From positions 2,453,763-2,517,762 of the forward strand of contig NC_068997.1 of the NCBI RefSeq assembly GCF_001194135.2: a stretch of DNA of 64,000 nt, written 5' to 3'. The first letter of the stretch is position 1. Each line of letters begins with the position of its first letter. Positions 1 to 13,975 of this stretch are shown in pieces. A program made the position numbers and the translations under genes. The DNA is from Octopus bimaculoides (lineage: Eukaryota). The notes under the pieces were generated by a model. The model searched no databases, had not been told where the DNA came from, and saw nothing but the letters and a program-made list of their open reading frames with translations.

Positions 1-124
1 ATTTGTTTGCCTATATAACAAATCAGACTCACACGTGTTCACAATGTGGATGGTGGTGATGATCCTGAAATGGACTTAAGATCAAATACTAGTTAGTCAA
101 TCCAGTAGGTGGCACCTTTATGGT

Positions 125-435
125 AACAATAACCCTTTCTCCTATGGGCACAAGACTTGAAATTTCAGGAGAGGGGTTAAGTCAACCACATCAACCCTAG
201 TACTCAAGTGCTGCTTGTTTTATTGATCCTCAAAAGGATAAAATGCTAAGTCAACCCCAGCAGCTTTTGAACTCAGTATGTAAAGACAGATGAAATATTC
301 AAATATTACTTAATTTATTGACCCCAAAAGGATGAAAGGCAAAGTCGATCTCGGTGGAATTTGAACTCAGAACATGAAGGCAGAAGAAATACTGTATTTC
401 ACCCGGCCTGCTAATGATTCTACCAGCTTGCCACC

Positions 436-467
<32 letters not shown>

Positions 468-676
468 CGTTTCTACTAAAGGCACAAGGCCTGAAATTTG
501 GTGGGAAGAGACTAGTCGATTACATTGACTGCAGTGCATAACTGGTACTTATTTAATCGATCCCGAAAGGATGAAAGTCGACCTTAGTAGAATTTGAACT
601 GAGAACATAGCAAGGGGCGAAATACTGCTAAGCATTTTGTCCAGCATGCTAACGATTCTGGCAGCTTGCAGCCTCA
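125..676 (-). mobile_element. Head-to-tail cluster of three tRNA-derived SINE copies (family A) joined by (AAT)n
   Basis: Three repeats of the reverse-complemented family A core (...gtacttatttaatcgatcccgaaaggatgaaag..gtcgacc...gaatttgaactcagaac); (aat)n spacer at 438-466. Confidence 0.8.
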
Positions 677-679
677 CTA

Positions 680-1232
680 AACTGCTTGCGAAGACCTGTT
701 GTGAAATCGAAGTGAAATCGAAATCGAAATTGAACCATAGTCGATGACTGGCACCTGTGCCAGTGGAGCACTAACAGCACCATCCGAGCATGATCATTGT
801 CAGAGCAGCTGTCTGACTTCCGTGCCAGTGGTATTGAAATAGCACCATTTGAGCGTGATCATTATCAGCGTCACCTTACTGGCACTTGTGCCGGTGGCAC
901 GTTAGAAAACATTTGAGTGAGGTCATTGGCAGTGCCGCTGGACTGGCTCCTGTGCAGGTGGCACGTAAAAAACACTGTTTTGAGCATAGCTGTTGCCAGT
1001 ACTGCCTGACTGGCCCTCGTGCCAGTGGCATGTAAAAGCACTCACTACACTCTCGGAATGGTTGGCGTTAGGAAGGGCATCCAGCTGTAGAAACTCTGCC
1101 AGATCAGACTGGAGCCTGGCGTAGCCATCTGGTTTCACCAGTCCTCAGTCAAATCGTCCAACCCATGCTAGCATGGAAAGCGGACGTTAAACGATGAATA
1201 ATAATAATGATGATGATGATGATGATGATAAT
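680..1232 (+). mobile_element. 5'-truncated RTE LINE 3' end (3'UTR with internal repeats and (GAT)n tail)
   Basis: Ends ...ccaacccatgctagcatggaaagcggacgttaaacgatga + (gat/aat)n. The same tail follows an RTE C-terminal coding remnant at 43195-43715. Internal repeats of gtgccagtggcacgtaaaa. Confidence 0.8.
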
Positions 1233-1519
1233 AATAATAATAATACTATAATTTATGTACAAGGCTAGCAGTTTTAAGGAGAGGGTGTTAGTTGAATAAA
1301 TCAATCTCAGTACTTCATTTGTACTTTATTGGTACTTTATTTCATCAGCCGTGAAGGGACGGAAGGCAAAGTTGGCCTCAGCTAGATTTGAACCAAAAAG
1401 TGTAAGAAAGCCAGAAGAAATCCTGCAATCTGCTTACCACCACCACCACCACCACCACCATCATTATCATCATTAAGTTATCATCAGAATCATCACTATG
1501 TAATTAAAACAAATAAATG

Positions 1520-2100
1520 ACTTATGCATGATGGTGGTAGTGGTGGTAGGAGATGGTGGTAGTGGTGGTAGGAGATGGTGGAAGTGGGGATAAAAATGAG
1601 GATGATGGGGTTACTGATGATGATGGTGGTGGTGGTGGTGATGATAATGATGAAGATGCTGACAGCAGAGATGGTGTTGATTTTAATGGTGATGATGATA
1701 ATGATTTTGTCATGATGGTGATGATGATGATTTCATCAACGACTGATGATCCAAGCAAAAGAGTTAGTCATCAGAAACGACAGAGCTGGGTGGTGTAGGT
1801 AAGTTGGTTTGGAATAGTTTGGTGGTGGTGGTGGTGGTGGTGGTGGTGGCAGTGGTGATGTTGATGGTGGTGGTGGGAAGCGATGTTCAGGTGATGGTGT
1901 TAGGCAGAGGGGATGGGTGGGTGAAGGTGAAATGACAGTGTGATGAGGTGGCAAGGATGTAGGGATGTGAGATGTGGGAGGGTGTGGTAGGAGATATAGC
2001 GTGGCATAGCAGGAGGGGTGGTGGTGATGCTGTAAGGTGACATGGTGCGATTGTAGCGGTGGGGGGGGTAGTATGGGAGGATGGGGGATTATGTGATGAT
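1520..2100. repeat. (GGT)n/(GAT)n low-complexity tract
   Basis: Direct inspection; accounts for ORFs 1522-1758, 1553-1798 and 1736-1954. Confidence 0.9.
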
Positions 2101-2108
2101 GTTAACAC

Positions 2109-2203
2109 CAGCGTTAGAAATGGAAGGAAGATGTTTTCCGCCGCCATCAGCGATAGAATATAATAATTTCCTTCTTTAAGATTCAAAGAGGAAATTAAAA
2201 GGT
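2109..2203 (-). CDS. Candidate coding exon of unidentified minus-strand gene (xLLISSLNLKEGNYYILSLMAAENIFLPFLTL)
   Basis: Strong acceptor cttccctacttctcaacttctacag|; only one frame stays open; the donor ctg|gtgtta is weak, so the 3' boundary is uncertain. Confidence 0.25.
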
Positions 2204-2284
2204 CTGTAGAAGTTGAGAAGTAGGGAAGGAAGATGGTAACCCTACACACACACACTATATATGTGTATATATGTGTATATATAC

Positions 2285-2321
<37 letters not shown>

Positions 2322-2521
2322 CATGTGTATACATACATATATCATTAATTCACTTTTACGCCTGTTTTCTTATGCTGGTATGGGTTAGAGTGATACTGAT
2401 ATAGATCACTGAGATATTGCTTTACAGCTGGATGCTTTTCCTGTTGCTAACCTTTCCCTGTTTGTTCAAGTAAGGGATCATTTATTTCGCATGCCTTCGA
2501 ATTCCCTGTCAACAAATCAAT

Positions 2522-2523
2522 CT

Positions 2524-2612
<89 letters not shown>

Positions 2613-3026
2613 NNNNNNNNNNNNNNNNNNNNNNNNNNNNNNNNNNNNNNNNNNNNNNNNNNNNNNNNNNNNNNNNNNNNNNNNNNNNNNNNNNNNNNNN
2701 NNNNNNNNNNNNNNNNNNNNNNNNNNNNNNNNNNNNNNNNNNNNNNNNNNNNNNNNNNNNNNNNNNNNNNNNNNNNNNNNNNNNNNNNNNNNNNNNNNNN
2801 NNNNNNNNNNNNNNNNNNNNNNNNNNNNNNNNNNNNNNNNNNNNNNNNNNNNNNNNNNNNNNNNNNNNNNNNNNNNNNNNNNNNNNNNNNNNNNNNNNNN
2901 NNNNNNNNNNNNNNNNNNNNNNNNNNNNNNNNNNNNNNNNNNNNNNNNNNNNNNNNNNNNNNNNNNNNNNNNNNNNNNNNNNNNNNNNNNNNNNNNNNNN
3001 NNNNNNNNNNNNNNNNNNNNNNNNNN

Positions 3027-3076
<50 letters not shown>

Positions 3077-3100
3077 GAGAGAGAGAAAGAGAGAGAGAAA
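2522..3100. repeat. (CT)n(AT)n - N gap - (GA)n microsatellites
   Basis: Direct inspection; gap at about 2613-3026. Confidence 0.95.
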
Positions 3101-4984
3101 CAATGGGGTTCTTTCAATTTCCATCAACCAAATCCACTCAGAAGGCTTTGGTCAACCCAAGGCTATAGTAGAAGGTGGTTGCCCAAGGTGCCACGCACTG
3201 GAACTGAACCCAAAACCATGTGGTTGAGAAGCAAACTCCTTACCACACAGCCGTGTCAGCACCTTTAACCACACCTGTATTTATCAGGTAAGCAATTGAT
3301 CTGAAATATATGAAGTGTTTCTTTCAGCCTCCATTTTCCAAATCCACTCACAAAGATTTGGTGGGTCTGGGTCTTCAGTAAAAGACACTTGCCCAAGTTA
3401 ATGCACAATAGGATTGAACTCAAAGCCACATTGCTGAGAATCAAGTTTCTTAACCACTGAGCTACACCTATGACTAATGGCACAATTTTCCAATGTGGAA
3501 GAGGTGGGGTATGTAACCTTTTACACAAATTTGTTCATTTTCGCTCCACACCGAAAAAACTAACAACACTGTATGCCTACAATGACAGCGATAGGCAATG
3601 AAAAAGTTTCCTCATTTGAAAAATATATCGTTAGAATAATTATGTAAATCAATACAGTATTTTAGGAAAAGAAAAACAACCCTATTTATTCAGAAAATAA
3701 AAAAGAAATTAAATGTTTATTTTCAGATCTTTTTGTTGTTTTATGCATTTTTATGAAGTTCAACAATTCCGGGAGAATCAATATTCCCAGAATCACGGAA
3801 CATTGTTGGCATCTTTTTAACAGTATTTTATCCAAAATATTGCAAATTCTCGTGATTATATGCATTTGGGTATTAATAATAAACCTGGCCAAGACTGGAT
3901 ATAGCTTCTAGGATATTGAAGTGAATGCATGATGCAAGTAGCAGAATAGTGGAAGTGAGGTTGGGAGATGGTATACACTATATATACACACATGTGTGTG
4001 TGTGTATATATACACTCATATATACATTGTCATCATCATTTAACATCTGTGGGTGTACAAATGTGTTCATGTATCTGTTTATCTATGTGTACATGTGTGT
4101 GAGTTGTAAATGCGTTTATCAATGCGTGACTTTATGGCTTTTTGTATGCAAGTCATGTGACTGTGATCATGAGTATGCGTGTGTGCTTTTTTGTGCATCT
4201 GTGTATTTATGTATATTATATTAGTGTGTGTTTGTATATGTATATTAGTAAGTTTTCTTTCTTGCATTTTCCTCGAAGTATAGGGTTAACCATGAACATA
4301 CTTATTATATATAAGTTATACATATATAAAATGTTATATATATATAAAATGTTCATTGCATTGCTTGTGTGTATATTTATTGTAAGATTGGTGGTTTTTG
4401 AAGCTGTCGCTCGAGTTTTAGTTAGCGGTATTTTTACCCTTCTTTTCTTCAATTATTTTATATTGTACCTGTACAGGTAGAAGTCTTGCTAGCCACTTCA
4501 TTATTACCGTTTATAACAGTAATAATACTTCACATATTTAGATTTATATATATATACACACATATATATATATATATATGCAGGCAAAAATAGATAGATA
4601 GATGAATAGATAGATACATACATGTATGTATATACACATCTATATGTATGATGTTATATGGATTCAAAGCACATCAAACGCATACACACACAGAGCTTGT
4701 ATATATACTGTGGAAATAGTACAAAATACTTGATAATAAACTCATAATTTGTATGGGGTGGTGGTTAGGGTCTTATAGGATTACTGTTAAGGTAATTGGG
4801 TACAAAATATCGTTAAGGAATGTGAAACCATAAAGAAATGGGAAATTGAGAAAGTGAGAGAGAAAAACAGAAGCCAAGGAAAGATAGAATAAAAGAGAAA
4901 TGAAAGAATAAAACGGGATTTAGAAGAATGATAATAGAAGAATAAAGGATTTATATAGGAGCTAAAACTGAGGGATATGCCTCT

Positions 4985-5360
4985 TATCTTTCCCTTGCTT
5001 CAGTCATTGGAATACAGCTGGGACATTGACTTGAAGGGTTTAGAGGAACAAAGAGAACCCTGTGGTTATTCTTTTTAAAGTCTGGCACTTATTCTATCAG
5101 TCATTTTTGCCAAACCACTAAGTTAGAGGAATGCAAACAAACCAACACCAGTTGTCAAGTGATGGTTGAGGACAAACACAAACACACACACACACATACA
5201 TGATAGGCTTCTTTCAGTTTCTGTCTACCAAATCCACCCATAAGGCTTTGGGTGGCCCAGGGTTATAGTAGAAGACACTTGCCCAAGTTACCATGCCATA
5301 GGGCTGAACCCAGAACCATGTGGTCAGAAAGAAAAAGTTCTTACAACACATCCACACTTG
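4985..5360 (-). mobile_element. tRNA-derived SINE family B, near full length
   Basis: Reverse complement of the head (gtggtaag..cttgc..aaccacatggtt..gggttcag..ccttgggcaagtgtcttctactata), the internal (TG)n and the tail gactgaaacaagtaaaag. Confidence 0.8.
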
Positions 5361-6400
5361 CACTTGAGAAGGAAAATATAGAAAAATCTTTAGAATGTTA
5401 CCATATTCTGAACAAACAAATAATTGTAAAACATTAAACTGACAAAAGTAAAAAATTAATTAGAAAAAATATTGGCATGTATATTGGATAGTGATAAGGG
5501 ATAGACGAAATAACTGTAGGATATTGACATATAATTAATAATACATTACTAACGATGACAGGTTTGTAATGAGTTCTTTCCTACAAAATGAAATTTAATT
5601 TAGTTTCTGTTGTGTATATTTCCATTATGGAGTAAAGATCCTGTTTCTCAGAGATCCATGAATAGATTTGATTAATATTTCGTTTACAGTTTTTGCACAC
5701 TGTCCAATTTCTCATATGGTTTTGACATTTGTACGGTTATTTTTTAACTTCCAAATATATTTTCATAAGGACGTTTCTACTCATCCAGTGAGCCCTATAT
5801 TGGTTATACATAATTTATTATCTTTCATCATTTCTCTTGCTTCTTTCAGTCACTTAATTGCAGCCATGCTTGGGCATTGCTTTCAATGGTTTTATTTGCA
5901 CACATCAAACCCAGAATCTATTGTTTGTTTTTTGAAGTTTGGCACTCATTCTATCAGTTTCTTTTTTTCTGAATCATTAAGTTACAGGGATGTAAAAAAA
6001 CCAGCACAGGTTGTCAAGTGGTGGGAATACAGACACAAACACAAAAATACACATACATACATATGTGCATATATATTTATTCTAAGAAGTTAAATGCTAT
6101 GGCTGGTGATAGATTTTGACTTCCTAAAAGATATATACCAAAAAGAAGCACATGCTAAACCATTAGAGCAGTAATATATGAACTACTGGTGGTATTTTGT
6201 CTGTCTTCACATTCTGAGTTCAAATTCCACCGAGGTTGACTTTGTGTTTCATTCTCTTGGGGGTTGATAAATTAAGTACCAGTTGCGTACTGAGGTCAAT
6301 TTAATCTACTTGCCCTCTCCCCCAAAATTTCAGGCCTTGCCCTCTCCCTCAAAATTTCAGGCCTTGCCCCTAGAGTAGAAAATAATATATGAACTACTGA

Positions 6401-6445
<45 letters not shown>

Positions 6446-7155
6446 AGCATGGAAGGCGAGTGTTAAACGATGACGATGATTATATATATATATTTTTTCA
6501 TTCACAATTATATACAATGGGTTTCTTTCAATTTCCATCTATCACATCCACTCACAAGGCTTTGGGTGGCCTGAGGCTATAGTAGAAAACACTTGCTCAA
6601 GGTGCTATGGAGCAGGACTGTAAGCCTGTGAATAAATGAAGGCACTTTTTAGACACCCAAGGTGGAATTTGACTCCAAACGCAAATAGTCAGAACTAATA
6701 TCACAAAACATCTGGCCTGATATTATTAAAGTTCCACCATGGATTGGTACATTTTTATCGACTGAATTGGTGGAAAATTGGTTAGGTCATTAAAGCATCC
6801 AATTAATTTGTGGTGTTTGTTGAGACTCTTTTGAGATCTGAGATCAAATCCTGCCAAGGTCAACTTTGTTTTTCATCCTTTCTGGGTCAAACATGTCATT
6901 TCTATTGATGAAATTAATTGGCTGAAGAAATTTCTAATTAAAAAGTTGTGACATCATTGAATGTACCAGAGGGGTGGGATGGGGTTTAGAGAGAACAGCA
7001 GTTTATAGAGAGTGGGTTGAGAGAGAAGGGAGAGGTTTTTTTGAGAGGGAGGAGGAGGTGAGAGGGAGGAGTGAGCTGTGATATTGAACAGGATGACTAA
7101 AAGAGCAGTCTCATCAGCTGAAGTATTGATGTGGTTATAGATTTAGTTTGTGTTG

Positions 7156-7191
<36 letters not shown>

Positions 7192-7720
7192 GAGGGACAA
7201 ACAAACAGTAAGACAAGGGAAGCACAGGGAGGAGGAGAGAGAAAAGAGAAAGAATATAATATAGAGAGAGGAGGAGAGAGAAAAGAGAAAGAGTATAATA
7301 TAGAGAGAGGAGGAGCTAGATGGAGAAATTGATAGACAAACAAAAGAGTGGCAAAGTTAAGGGGATATAGAATCTGATCAACAATTGATACACACACACA
7401 CATACACACATTTTTTGAATTAATATAACTAGTGTTTGAACAAAAGTGTGTTATTGACACACTAATGATCTAAGATAACACCAGACGAATTAAATAAAGC
7501 ATCTTTTGGAAACAAGGAGAATCATCTTACTGATTTCTTTGAAATTATGGTGAAGTGGTACAAACTGGCAGAAAAAAGGGGGAGGAGGTGTCCCTATAAT
7601 AGAATGGACTCCGGGAAGAATGCTGAAAAGAAAATGAGAACTGGGATTTGAATATTAATGCTTGTTTTAGGAAGAAATACATAAAAAATTTAAAAAATAA
7701 AAACAACATGGCTTACTCAC

Positions 7721-7733
7721 GGTTGTTGAAGAA
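7721..7733 (-). CDS. Candidate 13-nt microexon (ttcttcaacaacc; FFNN+1 nt)
   Basis: Acceptor atttatttctctaccag| and near-consensus donor |gtgagtaag. An alternative strong acceptor upstream would give a 71-nt exon, 7721-7791. Confidence 0.3.
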
Positions 7734-8640
7734 CTGGTAGAGAAATAAATTCCTTTTCAAATATAAACAAAGATTTTTTTTAGTCATCCACCTGGATAAA
7801 AAACAGAAAATGAAGAGAATCAGATGTGGCAATGCTGGAAACTTTCGGAAGACAGAGAAATTGCAAAAACAAAAAGATGGTAAAAAAGCAGCACCACAAA
7901 ATAAAATGGTTAACCAACCGAAAGTTTACAGATAGTGTGAAAGACAGGGGTGATCTTTAGACAAAAAAGCATCCCTACTTTAAGTCAGTCGACCTCTCTG
8001 AGACCTTACTACCTATCGTTATAACAAGCTTCTTGAGAATTTTCATTTATTTTTTTCTTGTTTCACATCCATTTTTTTTCTATGTTTATATGGCTGACAT
8101 AGTTCTTATGTAGAGGAAGTTATTTTCACAGCTGGATAATGTTCTTACCTGCTGCTGATCACTCAACCATGAAGCAAGGAACTCTTATTGCTTTTGCCAG
8201 TAGATGTTGAGTTGAGTTAAGTAACTTGCTTAAGGACAGAAAAAGCTAAGTCCAAAAATACAATCATGCATTCAGTAATCTATCTTAGACACTAAGCCTC
8301 AGTTAATGAATTGTTACCATCAGGAAGGTCCCAAGAATCTAAAGACCAAGTATTTGATAATGTTACTTCTCTAATAATGTATTGAATTTGATGAAAATTT
8401 ACCATGTTTCTACGGTGAACCATTTTCTGTCCATTTGGTGGAATGTTGTTAAGGAGATTATAACATCAGACTGATAATTCTAGCACGTATGACAGTAAAG
8501 TGTTTGTTTGTACAAAGATTTTGGCAGCAGGATTAACACAACGAGGGACTTATCTTGAAGTACTTCTGCTGGATTAGAGGGATTTTCAGAGACTCAGCAG
8601 CTACACAAGACAGGATTGAGTGATGACTACACTGTGGGAC

Positions 8641-8642
<2 letters not shown>

Positions 8643-8734
<92 letters not shown>

Positions 8735-8917
8735 TAAAGGCGTCTATGTCTTATGCGAGTGTATGCATGCAGATATTAGTGTGTTTCTGTGTGTGCTTGT
8801 GTGAGTCCTTCTGTGTGCATGTGTGTGTATTTGTGTGTGGGGTGTGTGTGGGTGTTGGTATGCGAGTGTGTCTGTGTATGTATGTATGGTGGAACAGGTA
8901 CCTGTGTCTTTGTATGT

Positions 8918-8953
<36 letters not shown>

Positions 8954-9200
8954 ATGCAGGTATCATTGTGCTTCTGTATGTGGGTGTATTTGTGTAGGTA
9001 CTGGTATGTATATGTATAGGTATGTATACTTGTGTGTATGTGCACAAGTGTATGTGTATGCATGTAGCATATGTAATCCCTATGTGTATGTAAGCATATT
9101 TGTATGTAGGGATGTGTGCACAGTGGTGCGTGTGTGTGTGTGTGTGCATGAATGTGTATGTGTGTGTGAGTGTGTACAAGCATGCATATGTGTATGCCAA
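8643..9200. repeat. (TG)n microsatellite and degenerate TG-rich tract
   Basis: About 45 perfect TG units followed by degenerate TG/TATG; accounts for the overlapping CV/HT ORFs. Confidence 0.95.
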
Positions 9201-9338
9201 TTCATGTCTGTCTGCCTGAGAGATGGGGAAGAGGGAGGAGGGATTTGAGGAGGGGGTAGATGGAGAGAGTAGTAGTAAAAAGGAGGGGAGGATGAAGTGT
9301 GGGAAGGGAGAGAGAGAGAGAGAGAGAGAGAAACTGAC

Positions 9339-9382
9339 TGATACATTTAACCTATCCCAAACTGTTCTATCAAGTTTATTAT
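9339..9382 (-). CDS. Candidate small exon (xNKLDRTVWDRLNVS or IINLIEQFGI)
   Basis: Strong acceptor ttcattttgctttattttaacag|; donor either |gttaaa (end 9352) or |gtcagt (end 9339); two frames open. Confidence 0.25.
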
Positions 9383-10302
9383 CTGTTAAAATAAAGCAAA
9401 ATGAACCAACACAAAGGAAGAATTAACGAGCAAATAAATACAATGAACACAACATATCTTGCCATTCACATATGAATTAATTATGTGATTAATTATAATC
9501 ACATATGTGATTGTAGGCAGAATTAAACGTAAGATAATTCAACAGAAATTGAAATATACGCAACACAATTAAATCAGAACTGAAAGTAAACATAACATCA
9601 CAACATACTGTAGGCACCCATACATCACAACGCACACTACATCACAACAGAAATGTAATGCCTCACAACTCAACCTACACCACAATATAAGTAGACTCCC
9701 TCACAACATACACTACACCTGCCCCACCATACACACTACATCACAACACACTACATTCACACCACACCATCTCACAACATACTTTACACATTGCAAAAAC
9801 GCTATATAGGTACAGCATAAATGTTCTGTAACTTTTGGTTCCAAAGATTTTTTGGGATTCTTTTACTTTTTATCTTTTACTTGTTTCAGTTATTAGACTG
9901 TGGTCATGCTGGGGCACTGCCTTGAAGAACTTTCAGTTAAATGAATCGACCCAGTACTTATCGTTTTTAAAGCTAGGTACTTATTCTATTGTTCTCTTTT
10001 GCCAAGCCGCTAAGTTACAGGGATGTAAACACACCAACACTTGTTAGAAGTGGGTAGGAGACAGACAAACACAAACACACAAATACATATATATGTGTAT
10101 ATTTATATATATATATTTTTTTATTAATATTTAGAAGTAACAGAGTGACTTAAGGTCCGGACAGGCTTCTTTCGGTTTCCATCTACCAAATCTATTCACT
10201 AAGCATTGGTCAACCCAAAACTATAGTAGAAGACACTTGCCCAAGGTACCAATGACATATGAGTAGATTTGGTAGATGGAAACTGAAAGAAGTCTGTAAT
10301 AA

Positions 10303-10386
<84 letters not shown>

Positions 10387-11165
10387 NNNNNNNNNNNNNN
10401 NNNNNNNNNNNNNNNNNNNNNNNNNNNNNNNNNNNNNNNNNNNNNNNNNNNNNNNNNNNNNNNNNNNNNNNNNNNNNNNNNNNNNNNNNNNNNNNNNNNN
10501 NNNNNNNNNNNNNNNNNNNNNNNNNNNNNNNNNNNNNNNNNNNNNNNNNNNNNNNNNNNNNNNNNNNNNNNNNNNNNNNNNNNNNNNNNNNNNNNNNNNN
10601 NNNNNNNNNNNNNNNNNNNNNNNNNNNNNNNNNNNNNNNNNNNNNNNNNNNNNNNNNNNNNNNNNNNNNNNNNNNNNNNNNNNNNNNNNNNNNNNNNNNN
10701 NNNNNNNNNNNNNNNNNNNNNNNNNNNNNNNNNNNNNNNNNNNNNNNNNNNNNNNNNNNNNNNNNNNNNNNNNNNNNNNNNNNNNNNNNNNNNNNNNNNN
10801 NNNNNNNNNNNNNNNNNNNNNNNNNNNNNNNNNNNNNNNNNNNNNNNNNNNNNNNNNNNNNNNNNNNNNNNNNNNNNNNNNNNNNNNNNNNNNNNNNNNN
10901 NNNNNNNNNNNNNNNNNNNNNNNNNNNNNNNNNNNNNNNNNNNNNNNNNNNNNNNNNNNNNNNNNNNNNNNNNNNNNNNNNNNNNNNNNNNNNNNNNNNN
11001 NNNNNNNNNNNNNNNNNNNNNNNNNNNNNNNNNNNNNNNNNNNNNNNNNNNNNNNNNNNNNNNNNNNNNNNNNNNNNNNNNNNNNNNNNNNNNNNNNNNN
11101 NNNNNNNNNNNNNNNNNNNNNNNNNNNNNNNNNNNNNNNNNNNNNNNNNNNNNNNNNNNNNNNNN

Positions 11166-11380
11166 TAACGATTCATGCTAACGATTCATGCTAACGATTC
11201 ATGCTAACGATTCTGCTAACGATTCTGCTAACGATTCTGCTAACGATTTTGCTAACGATTCATGCTAACGATTCATGCTAACGATTCATGCTAACGATTC
11301 TGCTAACGATTCTGCTAACGATTCTGCTAACGATTCTGCTAACGATTCATGCTAACGATTCTGCCATCTTGCTACCTTAA
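11166..11380 (-). repeat. 16-unit 12/13-bp tandem array derived from the family A SINE head
   Basis: Units taacgattcatgc and taacgattctgc; the array runs into catcttgctaccttaa, the reverse complement of the SINE 5' start. Confidence 0.9.
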
Positions 11381-11918
11381 ATTAAACATGTATTAAATTT
11401 ACTTAAATAATCAAATGAAATACAGGTACATGTACAAGAGTATAAATGAAACAAGTTCATTAGTGTGTTACTGTTCGTAAAACGTTGAAACTCGTCTCGC
11501 AGCATGGGAATTTAGTGCAGATTATAAGAGGTTCCAGACAGTCAGTGTTGGACCTATAATCATTATTATTTATAATACATATCGCACTGCAACATGCACA
11601 TTAGATAATACACACCACGGCACCATATCACAGCATATCGCATGATAACTCAAAACACCACACTACCTCATTGTATGTATACATACTCCATGCGCATACA
11701 CACACACACACAATGGACTTGTTTGAGTTTTTGTCTACAAAAACCATTCACAAGGATTGGTCTGCCTAGGGCTATAGTAAAAACACTTGCTCAAGGTGTC
11801 ATGCAGTTGGACTGAACCTAGAACCATGTGTCTGTACTGAGGGCTTTTATCATTTGTGTCCTCATTGCTAAAGAGCTGTCATGTCCTTGATGTGTGTGTG
11901 TGTATATGAGTATGCATG

Positions 11919-11974
<56 letters not shown>

Positions 11975-12039
11975 CACACACATATATATATATATACATA
12001 CATACATACATACACACAAGCCACCGCTATATATCATCA

Positions 12040-12450
12040 TCATCATCATCATCGTCATCATTTAACGTCCGCTTTCCATGCTGGCATGGGTTGGACAGTT
12101 TGACTGAGGGCTGGCAAGCCAGGAGGCTGCACCAGACTCCAATCTGTTTGGCAAAGTTTCTACAGTTGGATGTCCTTCCTAATGTCAACACAAGAGTGTA
12201 GTGAGTGCTTTTTACATATCACTGGCACAGGAGCCAGTCAGTCAGCCCTGGTATTGACCATGCTCAAATGGCGCTTGTTATGTGCCACCGGCACTGGCAT
12301 TAGCCACACTTGAATGCTGCTTTTTTATGTGCTGCCAGCGTGAGTGTCAGTCCGTAGGTGGCACTGGCATTGGCCACAACAAAAATTTCACTTGACTCAA
12401 CAGGTCTTCTCTAGCACAGCATATTGCCCGACAATTAAAGGGCATTTTTA
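12040..12450 (-). mobile_element. RTE LINE 3'UTR fragment
   Basis: (cat)n + tttaacgtccgctttccatgctggcatgggttggac...ggatgtccttcctaatg, the reverse complement of the 680-1232 tail. Confidence 0.8.
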
Positions 12451-12591
12451 AATGGGCCGGTTATGCAACACTGGCATTGGCTATAAACATTAAACATTTC
12501 TAACATGAAATAACACAAAAATAAACCAAATTGATTTGCAAAAAATTAAAAATATCAATATATATATATATATATATATGATGATGAAGTA

Positions 12592-12627
<36 letters not shown>

Positions 12628-13941
12628 AAGAGGAAGATGAAGAAAACCACACACATAGATACACACATACAGACATGTATATCATTCAAATTTACAGAAA
12701 ACAAAAAACTGAAGATAAATGAAGGAACAACAAGCAAGTGTATTAGTTTAAAGCTTAAGAAGAATGGAAAAGCCTTTGATGTTTCAAGCCTATGCTCTTT
12801 GACTCAAATTCGTATTTCTGTGATTACCAGTCAAGTGCTTTACCATTAAGCTAAACTGCTCACTCACAAATTCTTCTGCAACTTTTGAACTTATAAACCA
12901 TGTTTATAATCACAGAGATGCGAGTTCAAGTCTCATGGCTGACTGCTGACAAATGTTTCTGCAATATAAGGATAATATCCTATTCACATTGTTCATGAAT
13001 TGTTATATACATACATATATAGATACTAAACACATATGCATAAACATTAATACATACATACAAGCACATACATTCATAAATAGTCATATATGCACATATA
13101 TAGACACACATCTGTCCAGAAAGCAGTAGGACTCAACAATTGATTGATAAAAGTCGTTCATCTCATTGTCATTGATGGCTCAACTATAGCCATAACTGCC
13201 ACTACTACTGCCACGACCACTACCACCTACCACCACCAGTGCTGTCATCATTTCAACCACCGGCATAATTACAAATCTTTAGAGAGCTGGAACCAACCTT
13301 ACAGTGGTATGGTACCATACACAGTTTATCTAGTGCTATTATTTTATGACAATGTTGTTCTAATAGAGTGAAGAACGGATGTTGTCTGGTCAGTGGTAAA
13401 AACCACACTCAGACCACCACCAACACCACCACACAGCATTGCATACACACACACACACACACACATACGACCACTGCCAACACACCATTACCGCCGCGAC
13501 CACGACCACCATCATAAATGTCAAACTTTGTAATATTCTTTAAATATATGAGTAAAAATAAAAAGTAAAACTACCCAAAACAAAATATATTAATGTATGT
13601 ATAATGCACATCTACATCATCATGTCATTCTTTTATTCTTTTACTTGTTTCAGTCAGTTGACAGCAGCCATGCTGGAGCACTGCCTTTAGAGAGATGATA
13701 NNNNNNNNNNNNNNNNNNNNNNNNNNNNNNNNNNNNNNNNNNNNNNNNNNNNNNNNNNNNNNNNNNNNNNNNNNNNNNNNNNNNNNNNNNNNNNNNNNNN
13801 NNNNNNNNNNNNNNNNNNNNNNNNNNNNNNNNNNNNNNNNNNNNNNNNNNNNNNNNNNNNNNNNNNNNNNNNNNNNNNNNNNNNNNNNNNNNNNNNNNNN
13901 NNNNNNNNNNNNNNNNNNNNNNNNNNNNNNNNNNNNNNNNN

Positions 13942-13975
<34 letters not shown>

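Noticed and set aside
923-1138. Recurring ORF MKPDG...LQLDALPNANHSESVV (also 18543, 25856, 46862)
   Set aside because: It is the antisense reading of the RTE 3'UTR; it recurs because of repeat copy number, not as a gene family.
2491-3168. Long ORFs spanning N-runs (also 10199-11194, 18543-19712, 35116-36163, 46862-47576)
   Set aside because: Their length comes from X codons and dinucleotide repeats.
11166-11364. CRISPR-like appearance of short repeats (also 27320-27450)
   Set aside because: No unique spacers and no cas genes; eukaryotic context.
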